A stretch of DNA of 64,000 nucleotides from Octopus bimaculoides (Eukaryota), in NCBI RefSeq assembly GCF_001194135.2, contig NC_068989.1:41757259-41821258 (forward strand), given 5' to 3'. Position 1 is the first letter of the stretch. Each line of letters opens with the position of its first letter. Under the pieces are notes generated by a model that was given only the letters and a program-made list of their open reading frames with translations, did not search any database and had not been told where the DNA came from. Shown one piece after another: positions 53,420 through 64,000 of this stretch. The translations under genes were made by a program, and so were the position numbers.

Positions 53420-54617
53420 CAGGGTTTGGCAAAGAAATTTGACAGTTTTCAAAATAGTTGTAGTGGTGAAGGTCACATTCAGTGGTGTAGAATGGCACAT
53501 TTCAAATGCTTTTGTGGCAGAGATATTTAAGTATTCCTTCTTTATTCTTTAGAGTGGTGACCTTTATTCAAATGTAATAAAAGATTTGAATTTTAATGTG
53601 GGCAGTGACAGAAAAGTGCCTTGTCAGAATACAATACACAATATTGTTTGAACTAGAAAACTTCAGGTTCACCAGTTTTTCGGCATCGTAAAAGAATGCA
53701 TCAGGAGACATGCATATGTATGAATATCAGAAAATATTGAGTCATTAAGTGGATGTAAGTAAACATTTTTTGCTGTACTGCATCAAAGCATAACCTTGCA
53801 CTACACATTGCAGATCACAGTGTACAAACAACAAAGCACACAGCTTTAAATTTCTGAACTTATAAGGTTACAACTGAGCAAGAAATAAATCAACATGAAT
53901 GGAAAAGCTAGAAAACATTTCCTAAAAAAACATGATTATAGTGTGGGCAGATTACATAGTTCTTTTTATGAGTGATAAAGTGCATTTCCATTTGCCTGTG
54001 TAAAGAAGCAAAAAGTTTTTTAGTAGATGGACAGCAATCTATGACAACTTTATGTTTTGTTCCCCTCTACTACAAATATGTAACAGAGAGGTTCTGCATG
54101 TGAAACGTTAGTGTAATAAGTCCATATTTCTTTGATGAGGTCAGATCTGCGACCTTCTTTCTCCAGGATTGAACAAACACAATAGATTCAAGAAAACAGA
54201 CTAACAACCTACAAGAGCGTGGATGTATGCTATTAAAGAAATGCTTATCAAGCCACACCATTCCCTGGAGTGGTGACATGCCACGACTTGCTTAATCACC
54301 TGATATAGTTTATGATTATTTTTTCTGGAGCTACCTCAAAGAGGAAGTGTTCAGCAATAAACAGCACACTCCACACAAACTAAAAACTGTTCTTCCTAAG
54401 CATTACATTAAGACATGATGTGATTAAGACAATATGCAACATAAAACTTCTAGGCAAGGCTAAAAGTATATTTGCATGAAACAATGGGAAGCATTTGAAT
54501 GCATTTATTTCTGAGACTAAACAATTTTTATAGAGGAAGGACTATGCCCAAGACTTTACAGGCCCTGTAAGAATGGTAATATCAATTGCAGTACACTTGG
54601 ATTATACAAAACCCCTA
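53420..54617 (+). mobile_element. Decayed full-length Tc1/mariner element (maT/rosa-like)
   Basis: Left end TA|CAGGGTTTGGCAAA and degenerate right end CAAAACCCCTA|TA. Internal remnants resemble FMSD(E/K)AHFHL..VxKQ (about 53965-54015) and SPD..YDYFFWSYLKEEVF (about 54295-54350). Confidence 0.65.
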
Positions 54618-55554
54618 TACCATCCTACATTAATCAGATGTCATGTTTTTTCAACATACACAACCCCTCTTTGAGTATACAAAACATTCAATATGCATTT
54701 GAAATTCAGACAAAGATGTTGGAGTAAATAAGAAAGAAAAATCCCATAGGTGTAACTCACAAGGAAGTATGCCTGGTAGCTTATACCATGCTTTTGCAAA
54801 TTGTTTTAGGTGCCTATGAAGTCATGAGCAGACATACATACCTTCTCAGCCCTACTAATCTTGATCCAGTAAAAACATCAAGGATGTGGCAGCTAGCAGG
54901 AGAGACACAGAGAGAGCTGTACCAACACTAAGTTGGCCCTAGTTTGCAACTAATAGACTTGCTGAAAAAAAAGTCTTGCACTCTCCAGCCCAGGAACTAA
55001 ACCCTTGGCCTTGTTATCATGAACCCAACATCCTATCTATGAAGGCACACACATTCTGGTTAGACAGTCAATGACAAAGAAAAAAAAATTTATAAAAGAA
55101 ATCACATAAAAAAAACAACACAGCAGTATTTCCAGTGAAATCTTTTAAAATGAAAGATTTATTGGAGTCCCAAGTGGCTTCATAAGACAAATAATGAACT
55201 GCAAAGAGAAGTAAATCTTTTTATGGTATCAAGTACCAATCTACTGCAGAGAAAATTGTAAGAACAGCTTATGTATATCCCCAGGCACATCCTTCATCTA
55301 ATCTTCCCTATCTTTCTTGTGTGGAGGTTGAGATGAGAATATCAGATAAAAAAAACCTATCAGCATCATGCTAAACATAGTGTAGAAGAGAAGACCAGAA
55401 TAAAAATTAGAAGCCGAAGAGGAAACAAGCAAACTAATAAATAAATAAAAATAAATAAAGATTGGTTGATCAAATTTTCTGAAGATTCTCAAAATGCATA
55501 AAAGGAACTTTGGGTGGAATATGAGAAGAGTGGGAATAAATAAGTTTGACTTAC

Positions 55555-55669
55555 TTCGGTATCCGTATCTTCATCCATTTTTAGTCGGGCGATGACCTGT
55601 AGCAATTGCTTTCTGGTTTGTGGATCAGTGACCTGACAACTTTCAAGAAGGTCATCCTCGGTGAGAGTC
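55555..55669 (-). CDS. Internal coding exon encoding the C-terminal half of a SAM (sterile alpha motif) domain
   Basis: Acceptor AATCTTTTTAG| at 55670 and donor GAA|GTAAGT at 55554. The 115-nt exon (phase 2 to 0) reads (R)TLTEDDLLESCQVTDPQTRKQLLQVIARLKMDEDTDTE, fitting the SAM helix 3-5 pattern L-T-E-x-D-L...V-x-D-P-x-x-R-x-x-L-L seen in SASH/SHIP2/ANKS-type SAMs. It retains CpGs, unlike the surrounding intron. Confidence 0.85.
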
Positions 55670-55696
55670 CTAAAAAGATTGAACGTTACACATCAA

Positions 55697-55944
55697 TTAA
55701 CCCTTTAAATTTTCAGATTACTCTGTCAAATGTAATGCATTTTTTTTTATTCATATTGTTTAAATAAATCATGCGTTATCTTGTAGTCACAGAATCTTAA
55801 TGATGTGAGTGTTTATTTTCAGAATGACATTGTAAGGAAAGAATGAGAGACTGAATCTGGCCAGTTTCAAAAAAAAAAACAAAAAACAAAAGAAAACGGG
55901 TACAATATTTGGGCTGGATATAAGTTTAAATGCTAAAGAGTTAA
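55697..55944. mobile_element. TTAA-flanked piggyBac-like MITE (family D); other copies at about 20046-20268, 35935-36160, 42133-42330 and 61688-61912
   Basis: Ends TTAACCCTTT(AGCATT) and AATGCTAAAG(G)GTTAA. The shared internal sequence recurs five times. Confidence 0.75.
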
Positions 55945-55964
55945 AATACATATGTATATATATA

Positions 55965-56122
55965 GGCGCAGGAGTGGCTGTGTGGTAAGTAGCTTGCTTA
56001 CCAACCACATGGTTCCAGGTTCAATACCATGGGCAAGTGTCTACTACTATAGCCTCGGGCCGACCAAAGCCTTGTGAGTGGATTTGATAGATGGAAACTG
56101 AAAGAAGCCCGTCGTATATATG

Positions 56123-56218
<96 letters not shown>

Positions 56219-56424
56219 TTTCTGTGTTTGTCCCCCCCACCAATGCTTGACAACCGATGCTGGTGTGTTTACGTCCCCGTAACTTAGCGGTTTGGCAAAA
56301 AGAGACCAATAGAATAAGTACTAGGCTTCCAAAGAATAAGTCCTGGGGTCGATTTGTTCGACTAAAGGCGGTGCTTCAGCATGGCCACAGTCAAATGACT
56401 GAAACAAGTAAAAGAGTAAAAGAG
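55965..56424 (+). mobile_element. tRNA-derived SINE family B, best-preserved copy; further copies at about 11745, 12990, 14640, 17640(-), 32300, 36335, 37890, 38760(-), 40610(-), 45845, 50705 and 56620(-)
   Basis: GGCGCAGGAGTGGCTGTGTGGTAAG (A-box-like), GGTTCAATACC (B-box-like), an internal (TA)n(TG)n tract and an AAAAGAGT-type tail. The body recurs more than 10 times. Confidence 0.8.
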
Positions 56425-56864
56425 CATGTGTATAAGTTTGTTCATTAATTTTCCATGATAACATAGATTGGATAAACATATTAAGTATTGTTTTAAAGCT
56501 GGCGATGTTTTTATTTTAATTATACTTGGCATCAAAAGTACTGAACCAAAGGTTCAGTACTTATCTTAAAGTTTCCATGTAAAGACATCAAACTTAAATT
56601 CTAACACACACACATGGTTGGCTTCCATACAGTTTCTGTCAACTGATTTCACTCACACGTTATTGGGCAGTACAAGGCTACACTAGAAGACACTTGCCCA
56701 ATGTGCTATGCAATGAGTTAGAAGCTGTGACCATGAGGTTGCAAAACAAACCCAATACCCACTCATTTGTGTTTGTGTATGTGTGCATATATATATATGC
56801 ATGTGTATGTGTGTGTGTGTGTATATATATATATTGTGAGAGAGAGAGAGATGCATGTACATGT

Positions 56865-56925
<61 letters not shown>

Positions 56926-56949
56926 TGTGTGTGTGTGTATGTAAAATGC

Positions 56950-57242
56950 ATCATCTGAACGTGGTCGATGCCAGTGTCCCCTGACTGACACCCATGCTGG
57001 TGGCACGTAAAAAGCACTATTCAAACATGATCGATGCCAGGCTCGTCTGACTGGCTCCTGTGCTGGTGGCACATAAAAAGCACCCACTACACTTTTGGAG
57101 TGGTTGGCATTAGGAAGGGCATCCAGCTGTAGAAAGATTGCCAGATCAGATTGGAGTCTGGTGCAGCCACTGGCTCTCCAGGACGCAGTCGGACCACCCA
57201 ACCCATGCCTGCACGGAAAACGGATATATGATGATGATGATG
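56950..57242 (+). mobile_element. Retroposon family C (RTE-type 3' end with a (GAT)n tail); other copies at about 7010-7322, 12000, 14100, 19795(-), 37660, 38040, 38490, 50100, 59560 and 62540
   Basis: Recurrent GTGGTTGGCATTAGGAAGGGCATCCAGCTGTAGAAA...CCAACCCATGC.AGCATGGAAA..GGAC.TTAAA-(GAT)n. Confidence 0.75.
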
Positions 57243-60200
57243 TATCTATGTTCATATGCTGTGGGAAAAAGACACTAATATTTCAAGGTTGAACTTATCA
57301 ATCAATAAGTTATTAAAACTGTAAATTATTATTATTATCCAATAAACCAGTTATATTCTATGGAATAGATTTTCCTCAAATCATTGAATCAAGATGGGAT
57401 ATGTTGTCAGTCGTCAGTGGATTTAAGCTAAGTACTGCACAAGTTGAAACATGAAGTCTGTTCTTTTACTAGAACAGGAGGTGTATGTTTATGTAAGGTC
57501 TACATTGGTGAGGGAGAGAGAGAGATAGTGAGTACCTGGTAATGAAGTGATTATCAGGGGAGAGAGAGAGAGAGAAAGAGTAAGGGAGGGAGGGAGATAG
57601 ATAGACAAAGAGAAAGGCAGAGAGGTAAAAGAAAGGGAGATTTCTTTAATTAGGAACAAAATTCACTTCAAGTTTGAAGGGAACAAATTAAGTTGTCTTA
57701 ATCCTACCCATACCTGATTTCAGAGGATATCACTAGAATTTAATCAATGTTGGAGGGATGAATCGAAACCTTACCAAACATGGTTTTTAACAGAGAATGT
57801 TGAGTTGACATTTTGTGTTGAACATTATGAAGAAACACCAATAAATCTTTGTCGTTCTTTTAGTTTCTAAAGATTCAAAATTAAAACTGATACAAAAGAA
57901 AAAGAAAATACATGTACATACGTACATGGAAAACAAACAAATATGTTTAAATTGCAGTGAATAAAAGAACAAAAAGCCAACGGAAAATGAAAAAAAAAAG
58001 AACCGCAGTACATCCAAGGAAGGTAAGGGAGTATTTTCTAAAGGAGCACATATTTTGTTCTGTGTGACAGAGACAAACAATTCAATGCATAGAACTAGAC
58101 ATCTCCTTCAATTATTGTAATGAAGGGATGGGGGTTGAGTGATTAGAACAAGAGGGGGAGGGAGAGGTGAATGTATAGAATAAGTTGAGACAGTTTTGAG
58201 AGAACAAAGAATGAAATTGAGATAAAGAAACAGACAAAACCTCCAGCTACTTCCATGTACAGTGAAATAGATGGATCGATGGGTGTATGCAGCTTTCTGT
58301 AGACACCAGCTGCATAGTCATTTAGAAAGAAGCATGCACACACATGTATATGCACACATTTATACAGCATTTACACACACATACACACACACGTTTATAT
58401 ATCCTTTAGGAGAACACAAACATAAATATAAATACATTTAAATACCCCTTGTGCACACACATATACAAATATTAATACACCCCTAACACATACACACAAA
58501 CAAACCTTTATAAACCCCTTACACACATGCACATATGCATTCCTACTTACACATACCATATATACAATAATTTGAAAATGCAAGTATGCAGCCTCATATA
58601 ATGTGTGCACACACACACACACATACATGGAACAGAGTGCAGATGCAAAAGAATGCATGAATGCACACACACTCTTGCAAAGATATATACACATACACAC
58701 AGACATATAATAAAATATGCACATAAAACAATGAAGTCTTACACATACATACACACAAGCAAAGAATACATATATACAAGGCAACTATACAAAACGAACA
58801 AAAGCACACACACACAGCTTTCATTTTATTAAAAAGCTTGTTGCTATCACCACAACCTTACCACCACCCCATCACCNNNNNNNNNNNNNNNNNNNNNNNN
58901 NNNNNNNNNNNNNNNNNNNNNNNNNNNNNNNNNNNNNNNNNNNNNNNNNNNNNNNNNNNNNNNNNNNNNNNNNNNNNNNNNCGCCATCATCCCCCACCCC
59001 ACCCCTATCGCCATCGACAACACCACTACCCCACCGCCACCCCTATCACCACCACCATCAGCCCCCACCCCAACACCACCCTCACGTAATGTGTTGAAGA
59101 AAATATCTCTCATCAGCATTCATTTCCTGGCAGAATTATTCTACAAGTGTTGTAGGTCTCCACAAGAGATTTGGTAGCAATGAGGCATTGTGGGATATAT
59201 TGATAGGTGTATGTGTGCACGAGAGAGAGAGATGGGGTGGGGCTGACAGCTGGAAGGGAATGGAGCCAGTGTAGCGGGTGAGGAGGGAAAGAACTCCACA
59301 GAACTCAAGGACACCTGAATGTGACGATGATGTAAATGATAATAAAAAAAAATCCAAGTGCTGAGATTACATTGCAATGATGCTATCAAGTTTCCTGTTT
59401 ACTACTGATTATGATGACGATGATGATGATGATGCTAGCACTATTACAACAGACCTTGAAATCACAAGTTCAAACCTGGATGGTAGAGGTAATTTATGCA
59501 TAACATATATATATGTGTATGTGTACATATATATACATATATATATATGGTGCCTTTTACAGTGACATGTAAAAAGCACCCACTACACTCTCAGACTGAA
59601 ACTTGATGCAGCTCTCTGGCTTACCAGTTGCAGTCAGACCACCTAACCGATGCCAGCATGAAAGGCAGGTGATAAATGATGATGATGATGATATATATGC
59701 ATGTGTGTATGTGTCTTTGTGTTTGTCTCCTATCACTGCTTGACAAATAGTGTCGATTTGTTTAAGTCCCCATAACTTAGCAGTTTGGCAAAAGAAACTG
59801 ATAAGATAAGTACCAGGTTAAAAAAGAAAAATTAGTACTGGGGCGATTTGCTTAACTAAAACCTTTAAGGCAGTGCCAGAAAAAAAACAAAAAAAAACGC
59901 TACCCCAGCTGGGCTGCAAACAGGAAAAAGAGTAACTACTTGTTTGTCTCAGAGAGATATGGTAGACAAGTGGAATGGTAAACAAGAATCTAGTTGACTG
60001 ATTTTGATTTCACATAATCTAATGTATCCATCAAAGGATGATCAGGTCAGTTAATTTGTTCCAGAGGGTTGAGATGGTGGGTTGAAAGATTTGAAAACAG
60101 GTGGGGAGTGTGTGTGTGTGTGTGTGTGTAAGGGTTATGAAAGTGAGGGAGGGGTGGGGGAAGATGGTTGGGTATTTTATTTTATTTTACTTTATTAATC

Positions 60201-60517
60201 ACTTAGTGTGGAGTAGGGAAAAGACAACATCTATGATAGTAATGAGCTAACTGTGGCCTGCAAGATCTTTGCCTATGGCACACCTACATGAAAAGTTACC
60301 TTGAATTACCCTTCTGTAGTGTAGCTTACCTTGATGATGAGCCAGGTTTCAGGCCACTTTTTTCTCAAAAAAAGTTGCCCATGCCTCATCTATGATCTTT
60401 CAGAGGGCATTTGAGAATGGAAGGAGAAAGAGAGTTAATCTCAACCAGAGATCTAGCCTGAAGGCTTACAACAGAGTGAACTATGCAAAAGATATCAAGG
60501 GTACAGGGTGATGTACT

Positions 60518-60625
60518 AAACTGGGTGACAAGAGAATGGACTCAATTAAAGGCATCCAAGGACCTGTTACTGACATTAAACTGGGTGGCAACAGAGTGGA
60601 CTCCACTAAAGGCAGCCAGGATACC
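60518..60625. repeat. 60-bp tandem duplication
   Basis: AAACTGGGTG.CAA.AGA.TGGACTC.A.TAAAGGCA.CCA.GA starts at about 60518 and 60578. Confidence 0.7.
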
Positions 60626-63148
60626 ATGTGGTAGTGTTAGACTCCTGAGAATCCATGTAACTATCCAACAGGTTGATAAACACCAGAATTTTTATTGTTT
60701 TATCAATTTCTTTAAATATCTACATTAAATTTCCTATAAAAACTGATAATGACATAAAAAAAAGTGAAGGAATTATTGATTTTCAATCAATAAATTTGTT
60801 TTTATTAATCATACTTTTTACTTTTGTTTTAGGTGAATAAGTTATCGATGGTTCTGCGACAGAGTCAATGATTTAAAATATTTGCCGACCTTTGCCCAAG
60901 ACACAGGAAGAGAACCCCCCCCCCCAAAAAAAAAACAATATGAAAACGTTTAATTGATGTAATGTACACACAGAAGCTCAAAACCTACAAAGAGCAAAAA
61001 GAAAAACAAAAAAAAAAACAAGAAAGTTAGCTGCTCCACCAATCCAGACAAACAGACACTTTATGACAGGCACGTGGATTAGAATGGTGGCTTAATTGGT
61101 AAAACGTGAGAAATATAATTTACATATTTAATTGGAAGGTTTATATTGAAATAAAACAGTTGAGAGATTTTGGAGGGAAAGTATGAGAAGAGACGCTTAA
61201 TGAATAGGGAATGGGTATTTTAGGTTTGTCGCAAACAATAATTGAATCGTAACAGGTTTTTATAGCCTTGAACAATACAACGTGACTCAAATGGGGAGGT
61301 GAACATAAAAGAAGATTCAGTATTATTATTATTGTTACCACTACAACTACTATTGTTATTATTATTTGTCTTCACTTGTAAGACAAATATAGAAATCATT
61401 ATCATTATCATTATTTGTCCTTGCCCTTATGACAAAGAAATCATCACCGTTATTGTTGTTGTTGCTGTTATTGTTGTTACTATTATTATTACCATTCTTA
61501 CAAGTGAATNNNNNNNNNNATGAGAGGAGAGCAATATAACTGGTTTTACAGAAAATAACACAAACACACACATATACAAAATACTTTTTTCCCTACCACC
61601 AACCAAACTGACTTCTTGAGAAGCATGGAATGTTTGGCTAAAGACATTAAGCCACTGAACAATGGACAATATCATCTGCTTGTCTGTTTAACTCTTCAGC
61701 ATTTAAATCAGTTATACCTGGCCAAAATTTTCTACTTGTTTTATATTCAAACCAGCCAGATCTGGCCTTTCATACCTACCCTACATTTAAAAAAATAAGA
61801 CAATTACTTCATCAAAATCTTGAAGCTACGTGATGATGCATGACTGATTTGAAACTGTGTAAATAAATAAGCATTCCACATGACAAAATAATCTGAATGC
61901 TAAAGAGGTTAATGTCTGTTTTCTATGCTAGCATGGCTGAGAAAGGAGAAAATAGAGGCTGGATTATTTTCATTAGATGCTCTTTGTGTTGCCAAACATT
62001 GACAGTTTTTCAAGTAAGGCAAATGTGTTTCCAGAGGAATTAGAAAGCACAATGCTAGCAGATGCAATTGTTGACAGAAATGCCAACAATCATCACCAGC
62101 TGCTTTCTAACCACTAATAGTGATGTCACCATCCTTAGCTGTAGTTCAGTGTCATCATCATCATTATCATTATTTGATATCTGTTTCCCATGCTAGCATA
62201 GGTTGGATGGTTTGGCAGGGTCTAGCAAACTGCAGATCCACGTTGTGTTCTAATGTTAGCTTTGGTATGGTTTCTACTTTGGTCAGATCATAGTTTAGTC
62301 AGAAAAAAATGCAGGAATTTCAGCCCTCAAGAAAACTACTATTCTGTGAAAATCCTACTTAACTCTTTTGGTACTAATGGCACCTGTGATTGCCCAATTC
62401 GATGATAAACTTCCTGTTTCAAAGCAAGCTAAATTAAAAACTTCCATCAAAATTTCATGCTGATTTATGTTCTAGTTACCAGCTTTATTTTCAACACAAT
62501 ATTTGTATGTTACTATTTATAGCTAGGTCCTTGTCTTGTGAACTCATGGGTGCTAGTGTCACCTAAAAGTACCTGTGTTGGTACCACATAAAAAGCACCT
62601 ATATTAGTTCCACATAAGAAGCACTTGTGCTGGTGCCACATAGAAAAGCAACTATTCGAGGCCATGTAAAAAGCTTCCATGCCAGCGCCACATAAAAAAG
62701 CACTTATGTTGGTGTCATGTACAAAGCACTTGTGCCAGTGCTACGCATTAGACACCCAGTACACTATGTGAAGTAATTGGCGTTAGGAAGGGCATCTAGC
62801 CATAGAGACCATGTCAAAACAAACAATTGGAGCCTGGGCAACACTCTAGATGGCCAGCTCCTGTCAAATCACCCAACCCATTCCAGCATGGAAAATGGAC
62901 ATTAAATGATGATGGTGGTGGTGTATTTCAAGATCCACTATTCTAGAAAAGAATTATTTCACGTTCTCTCAAAAGCTTATAAATTCTTATGGTGTCAACA
63001 ATATACAATTCTCACTAGTAATAATAGAAATTCTAACCCTAATTTGGTCTAGCTCTACAGGAGATGTGGATTTGAGTCCCACAGGCAGCCTTCAATGTTT
63101 TCTATCCAGAAGTGTTTTTCAACCCAATATTTACATGTTATTATTTTA

Positions 63149-63368
63149 CCCTTTCGTTACCGTATCTATTTTGAGATGCTCTGTGTTTCTTTCAATTACT
63201 TTAAATATAACAAAGAATTTAGTAAAATAACTTAGTTATCATCCAGCTAGTGTTAGGAACATAAATTGCGACTAAGGTTTGGTGGAAAATCTTAATTCAA
63301 AACTTATGAAAACAAGACATTTGTACTCAGAGCCAGAGATGGTTTCAGCTGGGTTGGTAACAAAAGGG
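63149..63368. mobile_element. piggyBac-like MITE
   Basis: TIRs CCCTTTCGTTACC / GGTAACAAAAGGG, flanked by TTTA and TTAA. Confidence 0.7.
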
Positions 63369-63373
63369 TTAAA

Positions 63374-63587
63374 GCAGCGATCTTTTGTTTTGATTACATT
63401 TTACGTCATTTCTAATCCACGTGCGTTTGTTTATGTTTCTGAACAAGATCATCGCTTTCCATAAAAGGGTTTTAGGGTTAGGGTTAGGGAATTCCATCCC
63501 TAACCCTAAAATCCTTTTACGGAAACATAAATAAACGCACGTGGATTAGAAATGACGTAAAATGTAATCAAAACGAAAGATAGCCGG
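63374..63587. mobile_element. Palindromic (foldback) MITE containing telomeric TTAGGG/CCCTAA units
   Basis: 63374-63439 is the reverse complement of about 63522-63587. The inner arms are TTTCCATAAAAGGGTTTTAGGG(TTAGGG)2 and CCCTAACCCTAAAATCCTTTTACGGAAA. TTAA lies at both ends. Confidence 0.75.
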
Positions 63588-64000
63588 TTAAAGCTTTATC
63601 TGTTTCAAAAAAGGCAGGTTATTTCAACAAGAATAGGGTAATGAAAGAGTTAAATAATTTATGATTGATTGAATTTCTCATCTGATCAGTTATTCAGCCA
63701 GCAGAGCAACCTCATTAACACCACGAATATGTGTGTGTGCATGCTAATTAATTCTTGAGTAAATTATAATCCCATTACATGATATGACTCCCCTGTCTCT
63801 CTCTCTGACAAACTTTCCTGGGTGGATCAGTGAGGATTTATACTCAAGTTAATCCATGCCTGCCATAGTTACAATTTCACTCTGCCTTCCATCTGTCTTA
63901 AGATTGAAGATTAAACATCATCACCATCATCACCATTACCCCTCCTCCTCCTCCTCCTCCTCTCCCATCTGAGTATGCTATCATCGTTAGTTAGGTTTAT

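Larger units (their letters stand above)
2403..61519. other. Assembly gaps: 2403-2523, 5261-5301, 13446-13554, 23165-23492, 30181-30190, 39345-39753, 43064-43133, 51722-52062, 58877-58981, 61510-61519
   Basis: N runs, mostly bounded by dinucleotide repeats. Confidence 0.95.
1..64000. repeat. Pervasive microsatellites: (CA)n, (TA)n, (GA)n, (ATT)n, (GAT)n, including long degenerate CA tracts at 1-420, 37030-37290 and 58330-58820
   Basis: Directly visible. They account for most of the low-complexity ORFs in the track. Confidence 0.98.

Noticed and set aside
57700-60400. Candidate upstream exons for the SAM N-terminal half (MSTQHSLLKTMF; VISSEI; MNADERYFLQHI; MRHGQLFLRKKWPETWLIIK)
   Set aside because: None encodes the expected W...WL..L.L..Y...F SAM helices, and one chain needs an implausible 42-nt intron. 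The exon may lie beyond the window or in a gap.
1-64000. tRNA, rRNA and snRNA genes, CRISPR arrays, and prokaryotic or organellar inserts
   Set aside because: Only tRNA-like SINE heads without a full cloverleaf were seen. There are no regular repeat-spacer arrays or long intronless ORFs.

Overview
Very AT-rich, microsatellite-dense animal genomic DNA from a gapped draft assembly (10 N-runs, mostly flanked by (TA)n or (CA)n). The repeat families, RTE, Penelope and HERO remnants and TTAGGG units suggest a coleoid cephalopod such as an octopus; this is inference and was not checked against a database. Almost all ORFs in the supplied track are microsatellite or gap artefacts. The real coding signal is a set of small spliced exons on the minus strand: a SAM-domain exon (55555-55669), two candidate alternative first coding exons near a CpG-rich promoter zone (26648-26698, Cys-rich; 25150-25281), a 9-nt microexon (24592-24600) and a 51-nt exon (24323-24373). 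I cannot name the gene, and its 3' end is unresolved. The rest is tRNA-derived SINEs, TTAA and TA MITEs, decayed LINEs and a decayed mariner. The most unusual signal is a cluster of minimal hammerhead-ribozyme motifs in four unrelated sequence contexts within 28.1-34.2 kb. One context is a tRNA-headed SINE and another is a hairpin of Penelope-type terminal repeats.
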